Source: Cenococcum geophilum
Lineage: Eukaryota
DNA: 64,000 nt
Assembly (NCBI GenBank): GCA_050273025.1
Contig: CP158635.1
Coordinates: 8,246,001-8,310,000, forward strand
Direction: 5' to 3'
Shown here: piece by piece, positions 48,804 through 62,002 of the stretch
How the letters are laid out: each line of letters starts with the position of its first letter
Numbering within the stretch: the stretch's first letter is position 1
The notes under the pieces: model-generated
The model's database searches: none
What the model was told of the DNA's origin: nothing
The model's input: only the letters and a program-made list of their open reading frames with translations
Made by a program: the position numbers and the translations under genes

Positions 48804-49248
48804 ACGTAGTCTGCGGGCATGTGGCCATTGCGGGCATGTGGCCATTGCGGGCATGTGGCTACCCTACCAAAATCACTAAAAAACCCAAAAAACCGCCCTT
48901 TAATATTTTAACAACGGCTTAATAATAAATTATAAAAATTTATAATTAGACTCTTATACTTACTTTAAGACCTCTATTAAAGTTTTAAAGTAATTTAATA
49001 AGTAGTTCTTAAGATATAATAATTAGGCTTAAATTTAAAAGCTAAATTATAATATATTAATAATAACTAAACTAATTACTTTAAAACTTTAATAGAGGTC
49101 TTAAAGTAAGTATAAGAGTCTAATTATAAATTTTTATAATTTATTATTAAGCCGTTGTTAAAATATTAAAGGGCGGTTTTTTGGGTTTTTTGGTGATTTT
49201 GGTGGGGTGGCCATATGCCCGCAATGGCCACATGCCCGCAGACTACGT
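48804..49248. mobile_element. 445-bp fold-back MITE, Fot1/Pogo-like (ACGT termini, TA TSD), in Copia D RNase H
   Basis: TA|ACGTAGTCTGCGGGCATGTGGCCATT...AATGGCCACATGCCCGCAGACTACGT|TA. Arms at 48804-48995 and 49074-49248. A 17-bp subrepeat occurs 3x left and 2x right. Excision restores the Copia frame. Confidence 0.92.
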
Positions 49249-52200
49249 TAAATAATATACTTACTTTTAGTTAAGCTCTAATAGATAAGATTACTGTAGA
49301 TTATAAAGTCATTCTTCCTAGTAAATTTATTCGCGATAATAATCTTATATCCCAACTAGGAGCTAAAGTCTTTATTATTTATAAATAATCCATTAATAAA
49401 TATAAAGAGCTTAGCGGTGGGAAGATTAATAGGCATATAGAGTAGTCCCTAATTAAGATGGTTTATTTACCAAAAAAGACGCTTATTTAGGGTAAGAATA
49501 TTATCCTTAATAGGTTTCTAGTGTTAAGCGGTAATAAAGAGATTAAATAAAGCCTTAGGTTAATAGATAGAAGTAATATAAGCTTCGCAAGCACGTTACT
49601 CTATATATCCTTACTTTAGAGAATTAATATTAATAATATTAATCTTCTTACCTTAACCCTTCTAGCGCAAAGCAATAGAATCCTTATTTAGGGAGAGGAT
49701 ATATCTATTAAAGAGTAATAGTGTTATTAAATTAAGCTTTCCTTTTAGCTTTGCTATAAGATTTGCCTTTACTAGCCTATCTTCTTTAAGAGCTAAGAAT
49801 TAGTTATCTCCTAAGATAATTATATTATTAGTTTATATACCGACAATTCTAAATAGAGTTCCTATAGTTATAATAAGGAAGTAGGGATTAAATATAGATA
49901 TAGTTATTAAAAGCTTCTCTTTATAGTGCTTACTATAGGTAGCCTACTAGTAAGTTCCTACCTCTGCGATTTTATATAATGGCTTAAGCACAACTATAAT
50001 TGTATCTTTAGGATATTAGTAGCGAATTTACTTTAAAAGGTGCGCCAATATTAAGCGCTAAAGGTGTATCTCTAATTAGGTATAGGCCTAAGTAATATCT
50101 CGCAAATAGACCGCTATTTTATTCTTTATTAAGGAGGAAGCTAATATAATAATAACTCGTTAACTAGCTTATTAAATTATAGGGGATTATATAAGAATTA
50201 TCTCCTTACTATTATTATTATAACCTTAGATAATAAGCCTTAATTTCTTAAATAGGGCGTTAGTAGCCTTGCCCTTAATCTTATTAACTATCCTTAACTT
50301 AAAGATATAAACTTTATTAAACTTAGTAGGGTTATACTTCTTAAATTTAAAAACTCCTCTTATAATAGGACCGTTAATCTCCTACCTATTAAATGCTTGG
50401 AAAGGAGCTCCTAGAGTTATAATATAACCTTCCTTTTAAAGCTGTTTTGCGAGCTTAAAGTTAGCCTTCTCTTTAGCTATTATAAAGGCTATTAATAACT
50501 TAACTCTGCTCTTAATAGTAGTAATAAATTATTCTTTAAAATTAATAAGATATTAGCAATTTTATAATCCCTTTAGGCGATCTTCACCGCGTTATAGTTA
50601 TAGCGTATCTACTATAATTATCTTAGGATTGTAGTTGCCTTTTAGAGTATATTAATCGTAGTTCTCCTCTAGGGTATCTTCTAGGGCATCCTATAAAGGC
50701 TTAGATTTATTATTTTTATAGTAAGGCTTAATAATATTTAAATAGAATTAAGTAGGTTTATAAGGTATCTAAATAGTATAAGTTTAACTATTAATTATAA
50801 TAAGTTAATATAGGCCTAACTATCCTCCCTTTTTACGCTATATATGTACCTTAGACTAAAGTATTAAATTAAGCATAGTTAAGGTATTTAGGCCATTTCT
50901 TATTCCTAGTATATTATTAACCTAGCGTATAATATAGAGATGTTATACCTCCTTTATTGCCTTGCGAATAGCCTTAACTTATTATATAATAGAGGGAGGT
51001 AGTAGAGAATTATTAGTTATTTAAGGGTAGGCGCTAAAGACTAGTAATATAGGTATAAGTCCATCCGGGCTAGCGGAATTATTAATAGCTTTAACAGCTA
51101 TTTATAAGGTAAGTTCTTTACTAGCGTTCTTTAGTTCTAAAGAGATAATCTTATATACGCGGTATAATGGCGCGTAATATCGTTTTACTTTTTTAATACT
51201 ATTATATGCCTTAATAGGGACTTCCTTAACCTTAATTGCTATTACCTTTATTTATTATTAGAACTCTATAGATAAGAAGTTCTTTTCTATATTATAGATA
51301 ATTTAATTAGGGGGTTCTAAATAAATATTAATTTAGTATAACTAAAGGGTATCCTATATATTTCTAGCTAATATATCTTTTAAAAAACGCGCGGCTTAGA
51401 AGGAAGTTAAGAAGTTAATAATTTAAAGTATTAGCTTACCGCTAAGATATATAACATTAATAATAATATAGAAGTTAAAGTCGTAGTTATTCTTAAGGGT
51501 AAACTTAAATCGGCCAGGGGACTTTTAGTTTATTTAGTAGTAATAGCAGTACTTTATAAGATACTTAATTGCCTTAACCTTAACTTTATAGCCTACTTAC
51601 TAAAGAACCCTAAGTAATTAATAAATAGATAGGTGGCCAAAACAATAGTATTGTTGGCGTAATTCTAACTTAATTAAGTGGCTTTAAGCAATACTCTTTT
51701 TTAGTTAATAAAGGAGCAACTATAGGTAACCTACTTGCGTATAATAGGCACCTAATTATCTCCCTAAATAAGTATATTCTTAAGGTTATTAAGCCTAACG
51801 CCTAATTTATTTATATCTTTAATATAAAATAGAAACGAAGTATTTATAGGAATAATATAGAAGGTAATATACCCTAAGGGGGTTTAAACCCTAATTATGC
51901 TAAAAGAGGTTATAGTACCCTTACTAAAACAAATTGTGTATTAGCCTACTATTAAATAGTTAATCTAAACAAAGCTATTAAGCTATTAAAGGGCTCGAAC
52001 TCAAGGTTCTCCTACTATAAATACTCCTGCGGCTCTAGTATCTAGTATAATACTATAAAAGACATTTACTAAGTATTTATTATTAAAGAAGAACGCGGAG
52101 CTCTTTTTTAGCTTATTAAAGATATCTAACTTTATAATAGAATAGAGCGTAGATTAGTTATTAAGAATAGTAACGGTTTATATACCGTCTACCTTACCAT

Positions 52201-54156
52201 ACTTAGTAAAGTGTTAGTTAGGAGAGTAGTTCTTAATTTCCATATCTATAAGGAGCTATTTAGTCTTATTAACCTTACCCTTAAGATCTTCTACGCCTTT
52301 ATATTAAACTAAAAAGCTTTAAAAGTAGGCTATAGTAACCTTATAATTTTTAATATTTCTTATACTTTAGCGGAACTTATTATATACCTCCTTTTACTTA
52401 TTAAGGGAGTATCTAGTTAACTAGTAATTTAGTTTCTTACAAATATAGCACTTTTTTTAGTAATTACTTTAAAATAAACCTCTATAAGGACCTTTATAAT
52501 TACCTTATAGTTAACATTAATTATACCCTCTTCTATATTCCCTACTACGGCCACCATATATTTAATTAGTCTAGTTATAATTATATTAGTTAGGAATACT
52601 TAGTTAAGTAGGGTTTTTAGTATAGAACTATTAAGATTCTTATATTTATATTATAGTACCTATAGCGGAGCGTAGCTTAGTATATACTCCTTTAAACGTA
52701 TTTATAGGTTTATATAGCACTAGGTTGCATTTAGGAATATTACAGCATGCTAAGATAACCTAGTTCCTTAGGCTGTTCTTATTTTAGTAAGTTTTAGTAA
52801 GGCCATGTTAGATTTTTTAGAGTTTATTAAAGAGTAGTTAAAGGTACTTTAAATAAGTCTTTATTAAGTTAGAAACGATAACTCTTTAAAACGTAGTCTC
52901 CCGCCATTTAGATATATAAAGTTAGCAATTTTTATTAGTCTTAAAGTAGGCTCTAGTAAGCTAAAGCATTATATTAAAGCTATAGTTTCTACCTATAATA
53001 TAGTTGTAATAAAATATTACTGCCTGTCCCTTTAATATAATAGAGAAAGCGTAGTAGTACTAGTAGTATTAAATTTTAACTTTATTATAACAGTTATAGA
53101 AGACCTATAGTTTTGCTCCAAGTATATTATATAAATCTCCTTTAAACTTCTTCTCTTCGTCGAAATATACCTTTATTAGATTCGTAACTTCTTATAATAA
53201 AGGCTTACTAGTTAGCTAGAGTAGAGGAGCTTAAGGTAGCGGAGGTAAAGGAAGAGTACCTTTAGGTAGGAGAGCACCTCTAGGTGGGAGCGTATTTCTA
53301 GGTAGGAGGGTAGCGTTCTAGGGGTTTTGTTTTAAATTAAAGTTACCTTTTAAAGAATATAGGTTAGTTTTGGGTTTCCGTAGTTAACGTATAATCTTAG
53401 CTTCTATCTATACTAGTTCTTCTATACTAATAATAACGGCCTAAATATTGCTAGTAATTAGGTTACCGTTTTTAGTAATATATACCCTATTCCTATAGAG
53501 AAAGTCTTAAAAATCCTAAATAATATTAATATTGCTAAGTGCCTAGGTGTTAGTAGTCTATTCTATAAAATCCTCCCTAAAATATTCCTATAGCTATAAA
53601 TCGGCGTAGTATTTACTTTAGTAGAATATAATACGGTGTAGGAGAAAGCTATTAACTTATTTTATAGTATAAGTTATTATATTAAAGGTAAATTCGTCTT
53701 AATTTTTATTAATAAGTTTCGCGTATAAAGCTACCCCTAGTGGTAAGGAGTCTTCCTAGTGGTTTAAAGTAGGCGTAGCTATATTTTCGGAGGGAGGGAA
53801 GCGTTATTAGTATAGGGATTATTATTTAGTACGTGTTTGTCATTTAGTACGCGTTCGTGATATATATTTACGATTATAGGGCTTAGGACTAGTTCTAGCC
53901 TTAAATTATAAAGACTTATAAAGCGTGTTATTTTGCGTAATAGACGTAAGAATCTATAATTTAGGAAAGGCTTAGGACCAGTTCTAGCCTTTAAATCCTT
54001 AGATTTGTGGAAGAGTTCTATTTAAGGTTTAGGACTAGTTCTAACCTTAAAAGACAGCTTCTTCTAGCATAAGTAGCACTAGTATAGTAGCTTATCTCTT
54101 CTTAGTAGAATACCTAGCTGTTCTATAGTATAATAGTAAAGTTAACCACTAATTAG

Positions 54157-54370
54157 TGTTGGTTACATAAGGTAATATTACATAGCTATGGTTTGTAGAT
54201 AGTATAATAATAATTGTTGTTCTTAAATAAGGGAGGGCGAGGATCTTAAGGCTCCTCGCCACGCTACTGCCGCGGCGACACGTAACGGCAACTTGCCGCA
54301 TATAACGGCAAATTGCCACACATAATGGCAATTTGCCTCATATAGTGACCACTTACCTTTATTCCTAACA
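54157..54370 (-). repeat. Putative 5' LTR (214 bp) of Copia D
   Basis: TGTTGG...CCTAACA termini; GC-richer island immediately upstream of the gag leader; no partner in the window. Confidence 0.65.
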
Positions 54371-55807
54371 ATAAAGCTTAGCTAAAAGACTTAAATAAAA
54401 GTAATAGGGTATATTATAAATATATTAAAATATGCTTTTTTTATAAAACTATAATTATTAATATTTTTAAACCATTAACACTTTATATACTTATATTAAA
54501 AGGGCTTATAATCTTATTTTTAAACTAGCTAATATTATTAAAAAGCTATTTACTATTAAAATTTAGGCCGTAATATAATCCATAGTAGTAAAGCTTATGT
54601 AAATTTATACAAAAAAAGCCTTCCTATACTTTATATAAAACTATTTAAAGGTAAGACTTTAAAGGAACTTTTCTATAAAGACGTTAGGTATTTATTTATA
54701 ATTAACTTAAAATGTATTTGCTAAGGGTAAGATCTAGATTATATATTTAACAAACTAACTTAATTACCTTATTTAGTATTTTTAAAGGCGGCTTATTTAG
54801 GGGGGGGGGTTAGTATATAACTATATACCCTATATAAGGTAAAATAAATATAAGGAGTCTTTTCTAAGTTATTTAGAATAGAGATATAAAAAGTAACCTT
54901 ATAGTCCTAATAAATAAATTTCCCTAATCCCTAAGAGTAGTTAATTTCTAAAAATATATTATAAATATATTATAAACGTAATTAAAATACGTTCTAAGTA
55001 GGTTATGTTTTTCTTGCCGTAATCTACCCTCCTATAGAGATTTAATTTAATAACTCTATATTAGTTTATTGGTTTAGTACTTATATTACTTAGTTAAATA
55101 AAAGATATTAAATACGTAGTATTATATTTCTTATTTCCTAGCAATACTTTTTAAAAGTGCTCTAAACATTTTTTTTTAGTAGCCTATATACAGGTAAGAA
55201 ATAAGTGCCGAATATTAGTAATATTTTAATATAATTAGTTCTAAATATAATTTAGTTAGGTTCTAAATATATTTAGGTAAGATAATTATATATAGAGTAT
55301 CTTTATTACTTAATTATTAGTAAATAAGCCTTTATTTAAGAGCTGTATATTTTTTTAGCTTAAAATTATTTTTAAGCTGCTAAAAAATAAGCTTATATAT
55401 ATTAACTTAAGTACTAAATATATTTGAAACTAGTTCTATACCTATTTATATTACGTTTATAAATATTTAGGTTACTTCTATCTAGGGCTACCCGCCCTCT
55501 CTATATTAAACCCTGCGTCTCTTTAGAAACTATAGTATATCTTAAAGATTATAATAAATTATAAAGATATTTGCAGTGTTTTACTCCTAAATAACGCATC
55601 TTATTTTTTTTTTACCTCTTATATTTAAGAGAATAGACATTATAGGCTTAAAAGTATATATTTATTTAGTTTTATATTAGATCTAAACGTATTATAAACC
55701 AGTTATAAATATAGTTAGAGTATAATTTAGATTTTTATTAACTTATCTATATAGCCTTTTATATATCTATACTTCTTAAGTTAATATACAGTTAAAGCTC
55801 TTTAGTA

Positions 55808-56124
55808 CGATACCTAGTTACAACGATATACTCTATATTACAATCTACAAGCCTTAATCAAAAAAATTTGGGTGTATTTTACGATAATCTAACTTTTTAC
55901 GATATCGTTAAGTTCTCTACACCAAAATCGGTATAACTAGTAGAGATTTTGTATAGGAGGGAGCCTAATTTAGCCGGTAAGGTGGACGCCTTAAGCCTTT
56001 TTAAGTATAAACCCCTCCCTTTTATTGCTTATTAATCCAACACGTGACTCTTTATATAACAATACCATTAGTATAACAATACGCTTGGCTGTATAAACCG
56101 TATCGTATTAACTAGTTTTAACTG
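55808..56124 (-). repeat. Right ~320-bp inverted repeat (pairs with 44487-44806)
   Basis: Ends ...AAACCGTATCGTATTAACTAGTTTTAACTG|TA. Confidence 0.85.
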
Positions 56125-56599
56125 TAGTAAGTATAACCTTTATTTAGCGTCTATAGGTACTTTAAAAGGCTTAAATAATCCTTAATTATAAGTATGGTAA
56201 AAGGATTAGTAGATGGCTTAATAAGAAATATAATATAAGAAACTTTGGGCTAAATATTACAGTACTAGCAAATTGCTATAAATTGCTGTAGATTGCGGTT
56301 ATATAACGTAAAGATTATATAAAACATTAAGCAGCGCTACTCTTCTTCTCCTTTTCTTTCTCTAGCTTTAGATCTTTATTTATAGACAATCTAATTATAT
56401 AGGCTTGCGCGTCCCCCTTACCGTGCTTATACCTTAATTAATTAAATTACTAATATTATCTAAAGCTTATCTACTCTTCTTTTTAAGAATAAACTTAAAT
56501 ATATCTATAGACTATAAATAGGATAAGAATATAGAAACGGACTTAAAGGATATTACTAGAATACTAAGAATAGAATAGGACCTAAGGATAGGATAGAAC

Positions 56600-57585
56600 T
56601 AAAAGGACACGTATAATGTAACCTAAAGGACCTATATAGACTAGAACCCCTAAAGAAACTACTAAAAATCACCTAATACCTTTACTACTATGCTAAAAAA
56701 TATAGTAGCTAGTAATGCAGCTATAGGACCTTAATTACCTCTAATAGTAAAATATTAACCAACTTAAACTCCTAAGAGGAGCTTATAGCAGCTAATATTA
56801 AAATTAATTAAGTTTAAGAGCTGCTTAAAACTAGAGATACCCCTATACCTAGTAATAGGTTATTAAATACTTAGAGACTTACTATAGTCTTTAAGGCCCT
56901 AGCCTAACATCTAGTGTTAGCATTATTACGGTCCGCGAAGGTTGCGGACCCCCTATTACTTATAGACGGAACTAATCCTATATTTAATATTAGAGCTAAA
57001 ATAATAAAATAAGCTTAAAGTTAATATGGATTACTTCCCTACTATTTAAGCTAAAATAGCCTACGTCTTTAGCCGTACTAGTAGGGACGTATAGATATAT
57101 CTATATCTATAATACGCCTAGGACTTAATAAACCCCTTCCTCTCTAGAGAAGAGATAGTTAATTACCTATCTTCTATTTATAAAGACCCCTTTAAGGTAT
57201 AAAACGCTCGCCTTAATTATAAAAGCCTAAATATAAAAATAATAGAGACCATTTTAGCCTTTTATACCTACTTTTTATACCTAGCCGGCTAAGCCTAAAT
57301 TCCCTATAAAGACCTAATGCTAGACCTCTTTAACAAGGTTACCCTAGACCTATAGCGCGCCGTATTACTAATTTTTACTAGTATATAGACGCCAAAGGTA
57401 CTTATAGACTACTACCTAGCTATTAACTAAGGCCTCTATTAAATTAAGATATAATCTAAACGGTATAAAGCTAGAAGCTTTTTAAACTAGACTATAAATA
57501 CTCTAAGAACATTAATCTAGCAGCTAGCCGCGTAACTAGTCCTACTATAGGCCTAGCGCATACTTGGCCTATATATAGCGACCCC
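56600..57585 (+). pseudogene. gag: Ty3/Gypsy-type gag remnant, cut by the LINE 3' end
   Basis: SAKVADPLLLIDGTNPIFN (~56930), NKLKVNMDYFP and YVFSRTSRDV*IYLY resemble fungal Gypsy gag (IPDP..DG..P.F..W..KL..NADHF..VF.RT.G.A). The start is approximate. Confidence 0.6.
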
Positions 57586-57914
57586 TTTTTTTTTATCCGT
57601 TGTATTATACTACGTACAATACTGCGCATGCAGCCTCTAGGCTATAGCGCTATAGTTCTATATACATAAATCCTTTCTAGGCAGCTTAATATATACTAGT
57701 AGCTATATCCTAGTAGTTTATAAATCCCTAAACTAGGGATTTACAGCTTCCTTGTAAGATACTAGGTTACTAATAACTATTAGGTAGTAAGAAAACAATA
57801 GGAAAATAATAAAAAAAATTAGAATAAAATCCTAAATAATCCTAACGCCTGTCCCTGTCCTTTTTATAGTTCATTTCTATCCTTTTACTTTCTATAGTCT
57901 ATCTACTAGGACTT

Positions 57915-60900
57915 TTAGTAGGAGTTACCTCCTTCTAGAGATCCTTCTGCTCTTAGCCACTTCCCAGTAGCTATTTTTGTCCTACTTAAGAATAGAAAAA
58001 GCGCCCTTCTTCCTTTCTTTATACAAAAAAGCTTCTCTAAGGAGAGAGAAGAGCCTATTTATCTTTACATTTCCTTTCTATCTTCCCAATATAGTCTGCA
58101 TTCTAGTAAGAGGTGCGTAGGGGTTTATACCGCGGTACAGTCCTTAAAGCATCTATCTTCTTTATCCTTCCCTATTGTTTTAGAGAAGGATTTAAAAAAG
58201 CCTTTTCCTAGTTTTAGTTAAAAGAAAGCCGATTATAGCTTTTTAGGATATTTATCCTTAGTAGCTTTAAAAGAGAAAGGGTAGTTTCCTTTATAGATTC
58301 TAGTATAGTGTTTTCCTTTACTTTTATTCTGTTACCAATTGTTTTTCCACTATTCTAGTATCTTTTCTCTTGCTTATTTCCCTAGGTAGGCTAGAGAAGA
58401 ATAAGAAGATTTTATTTTTCTTCTAGAGAGGCCCTTTTTAGCTAGTTTATCTGCTATTTTATTTCCGTAAATTCCTAGGTGGCTAGGGACCCAATAAAAG
58501 TTAATAAAGATATTCCTGCTAGCTAGATAGGAACAGCTTTGCGTAATTTTAAAGACTAGTTCTTATCCTCCTGTAAGAGAATTAAGCTATAATCTCTTAA
58601 TAGCCGCTTGGCTATCTATAAAGATATAAACCTATTTCTCTTCTAGTCTTCGTTATTTTAGGTGTTCTAGGGCCCTATAAACTGCATAAAGCTCTACGTC
58701 TATAATTTCCATAGGGGGCCCTAGATTCCAGTTTATTACATATTTAATCCTATTTCTCTCTCCTATTTTACATACGGCTACTACATTTAATTTATTGTCT
58801 TTAGAGCCATCTATATAGTATATATCTACTAAGTCCCACTTTAGGAATTCTTATAGATTTTCTACTAGTCTTAGATGTTCTTATGCAGCTTCTTCTTTAC
58901 TACCCTTAAAGATAGAAAAGAAAGCGGGAATAGAAGGAGACTACAGTTTTTACCAGTTTAGAGAGACTCTCTCTATATTCTAATTTTGGATTAGCTTCTA
59001 AACTCTAGTAGTTAGAGATAGTAGCTATATTTTTGGCTGTAAAAGGTGCTTTATAGTAGAGTTTTTAGGGCTAGAATTAGAGCTAGAACTAGCTGCTAGT
59101 TCGTCCCTATCTTTATTAACCTCTTCTATATAGGCCTTTTTAATTGCGTAATTTCCTTAAATTTTAGGATTCTTAATACGTAGTTATTACAAAGCTTTTC
59201 AAATCTAATTCTAGGGGGAGGAGTAGAAGCTTCAATCTCTATAGCTTGGCTTAGAGATCCTCTAAACGCTCCTAGAACTAGTTTTAGGGCCTCATTTTAT
59301 AGAGACTGGTACCTAGCTAATAGGTAGTCTCTAGATTTGCTTTTCCATCAACATTATACTCCGTAGTCTACTATAGTAGTAACGCAGGCTATATAGAGCT
59401 GTCGAAGGGCTTATAGGGATAGACCTCTTTATATATTGCCTAGTCTTCTAATTAAATAAAAGGCTGCTTTTGCTTTAGAGATTTTTATTTCCACATATTG
59501 TTTAAAAGTAAGCTTAAAGTCTAGGAATACTCCTAACCACCTAACTAGGGGCTTAGGGGATATTTCCACGTCTCCTAGCTTTAGCCCTTCCTCTATAGTA
59601 GTACGCTTATTATAGAAGTATATAAGCTCTATTTTGCCAATATTAAAGCTAATAGCGGCTTCCTTAGCTTTAGACATTAGCTCTCACGCAATTCTCTCTA
59701 GCTTTTTACAGTTAGATTTAGCAGAGTTTAACATAACCATAATTGCAAAATCGTCCATATAGCTAAGGGAATAGGCTCCTTCTATCTCTAGCCTACAGAT
59801 ATTACGTAGATATAGTAGAAATAAGATAGGGGATATAGGCGATTTTTGTGGTATCCCTGTTTCTAATTCTACTTTTTCTTATATTTACCCGTTAAAGGAG
59901 AGCTGTATCTTTCTATTGCTTAGGAAAGTAGCCACCCATTATATAAACGCTATAGGTAGTCCTAGTTCCTTACAGATAGATAAAAGCTGGTTTTTAGAGA
60001 CATAGTCAAAAGCCCCCTTTACGTCTAGGAATAACGTAGTAGCTATCCTTTATCTAGCTTTTTTCCTACTATTTTTAGATTGGATATTGTTTAGAAGTAG
60101 TAGAACTGCGTCTATTACGGACCGCTATCTTCTTCCTCCTAGTTATAAATCTTGAAGTAAGCTAGTAGTACTAGCTAGATATCCTAATCTAGTAGCGAAG
60201 ATCTTCTCTAAAGTCTTTCCTAGGCAGTTTAATAGGGAGATAGGTCTATAGGACTTTGGTAGAGAATAGTCCTCCTTATTTACTTTAGGAAGAATAACTC
60301 CTCAAGCTTCTCTCCATACCTTTGGCTAATAGCCTAGAATAAATAAGATCCTATAGATCCTGTATAGAAGATCTTCTATAGTAGGGTAGGCCTTTTATAG
60401 AATTGCGAAGGATATACCATCTAGCCCTAGAGCTTTTTTATTAGAGCTAGAGAGAAGTGCTTATTTAACTTCTATTCTCTCTAGTTCTAGCCATTCCCAT
60501 TTACTGTCTATAGTATAGTCCTTCCACTCCATAGGGCTAGTAGAAGGGGGTTTTAGGAATAGAGTAGTTATAAAAGCTTTACATTGGTCATCAAAGCTTT
60601 CTACTAGTCTAGTAGTCCCGTCCTTACTATACTGTAGACTAGGGATTATTCGCAGTGTTCTTTCCTTTGTATATTTTAGGGCAGTAAAGACCTCTTTTCC
60701 TTATGCTTTTTCTAGAAAGCTATTCTAGCAGCTAGTCTTAGCTTCTCTTATTACGTAAAAGTATTAATTTTTAGCTTCTTTATAGGCTTCTAGTCTAGAA
60801 CTTCTATTAGGTTGTTCCTTATAAAGTCTTCCTAGTTTTACCATTTTTTGTCTTTTCTTTAGAAGCTCTTTATTCCACCATAGTTTAGAGAATTCGCAGG

Positions 60901-62002
60901 TTCTAGATCTAGGGATAGCTTTCTCTACTACTAGCTTTATACAGCTAGTAAGATCTATTACTAGATTATCTACTAGTGTACTTAAGCTTCTATCCTTAAG
61001 TCTATGCGAATCTTCTAGGGAGGCTAGGGGACCTTTTTCTCCTATCTCTATATAGGGGTTTTCTCTAACTAGTTCTTCTAAAACTAAAAGCTTTACTTCT
61101 AGTTCTAGCTCTAGAACTTATTCTTTTAAGGAAGTAGAGAAAAGTTCCCAGTTTGCCTTTTTTATAGAGAAAGGAGTTTCTTAAAGAGGGTTTAGGTATC
61201 TTTACATCTCTCTAGTAAATAAAGAGAATGCTATAGTCTTATAATCAGATCCTGTTTCTTCTATTATAGTCCAATTATCCCAGGTATTTTCTTAAAAGTT
61301 TCCTAAGTAGAAGGCTAGGTCTATAATAAACTTTTCCCTTATATTGGATCTATAAAAGGTCCCTTACTATTCATCTAAATTTAGTAGTTGGCAGTTGTAT
61401 TTATCTAGCCAGTCTACTAGTTCTTTAGCCTCCCTAGTTAGGTTCCTAGCTAGCGCGTTCCACCGTTTATAGTGTAGGTTATAGTCTCCTATTAGTATAA
61501 AAGGGAGGTCTATTTCCAGTTCTAGAATAGCCCTCGAGATAGTAGTTATACTACTTCTTTAGGTTCTAGAGTTTTCGTCTAGTTATCTCTCATTATAGAC
61601 ATTAAACAGTAGAAATCTTTCAAATTGGCCATAGATTTCTAATGCTATAATATCTATATCTTTGCAGATATCCTCCCTATTTCTATATTATAGAATACTA
61701 AAACTAGTTTTCCTTATATAGATAGCTACTCTAGGTCGAATAGCTAGATTACTAGGGAGGATAAGGTTAAATGCAGGATATGGAATAGAGAAGTAGGGTT
61801 CTTTTTGTCTATCTTTCCAGGTACTAGGTTCTTATACTAGGATAATATCTATTTTTCTCCTAAATCCTATTTCTAGTAGGGTTTGCTATACTTCTTATCT
61901 TTTTCCTACGTTATATTGTATAAAGGAGATTTCTCCTCTAGCTTTAGAAGCTAGAGAGATCTCTTCTTCTTTCTATATAGAACCTTCTAAGCTTATACTC
62001 AT
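57915..62002 (-). pseudogene. pol: LINE ORF2: APE endonuclease - RT - RNase H - C-terminal Cys/His motif
   Basis: FIQYNVGK..DIILV*EP; IGDYNLHYKRWN; GSDY; TGIPQKSPISPILF; SYMDDF (~59750); YYIDGSK; ELYAV; IFIDSQAA; YWVPSHLGIYGNKIADKLAK; RCFKDC..THLLLEC. Contains RIP stops and at least one frameshift; the 3' end is approximate. Confidence 0.92.

Larger units (their letters stand above)
48320..54370 (-). mobile_element. Ty1/Copia family D (distinct from A): 5' LTR and full gag-pol remnant, 3' LTR missing
   Basis: LTR-like 54157-54370 (TGTT..AACA). Motifs: L*EYFREDF ~53580; KKCYICKK ~52445; FYSIILDTRAAG ~52040; CFGHLS ~51635; PGRFKFTLK ~51500; LRDIT*AY ~50095; LKPLYKIAE ~49975; GI*TNN ~49830; RNase H KEKRLIINIIAL..RI.VKGWVKRE* ending ~48430. 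Confidence 0.88.

Noticed and set aside
54149..54331. 60-aa ORF (-)
   Set aside because: Falls in the Copia D LTR; chance ORF.
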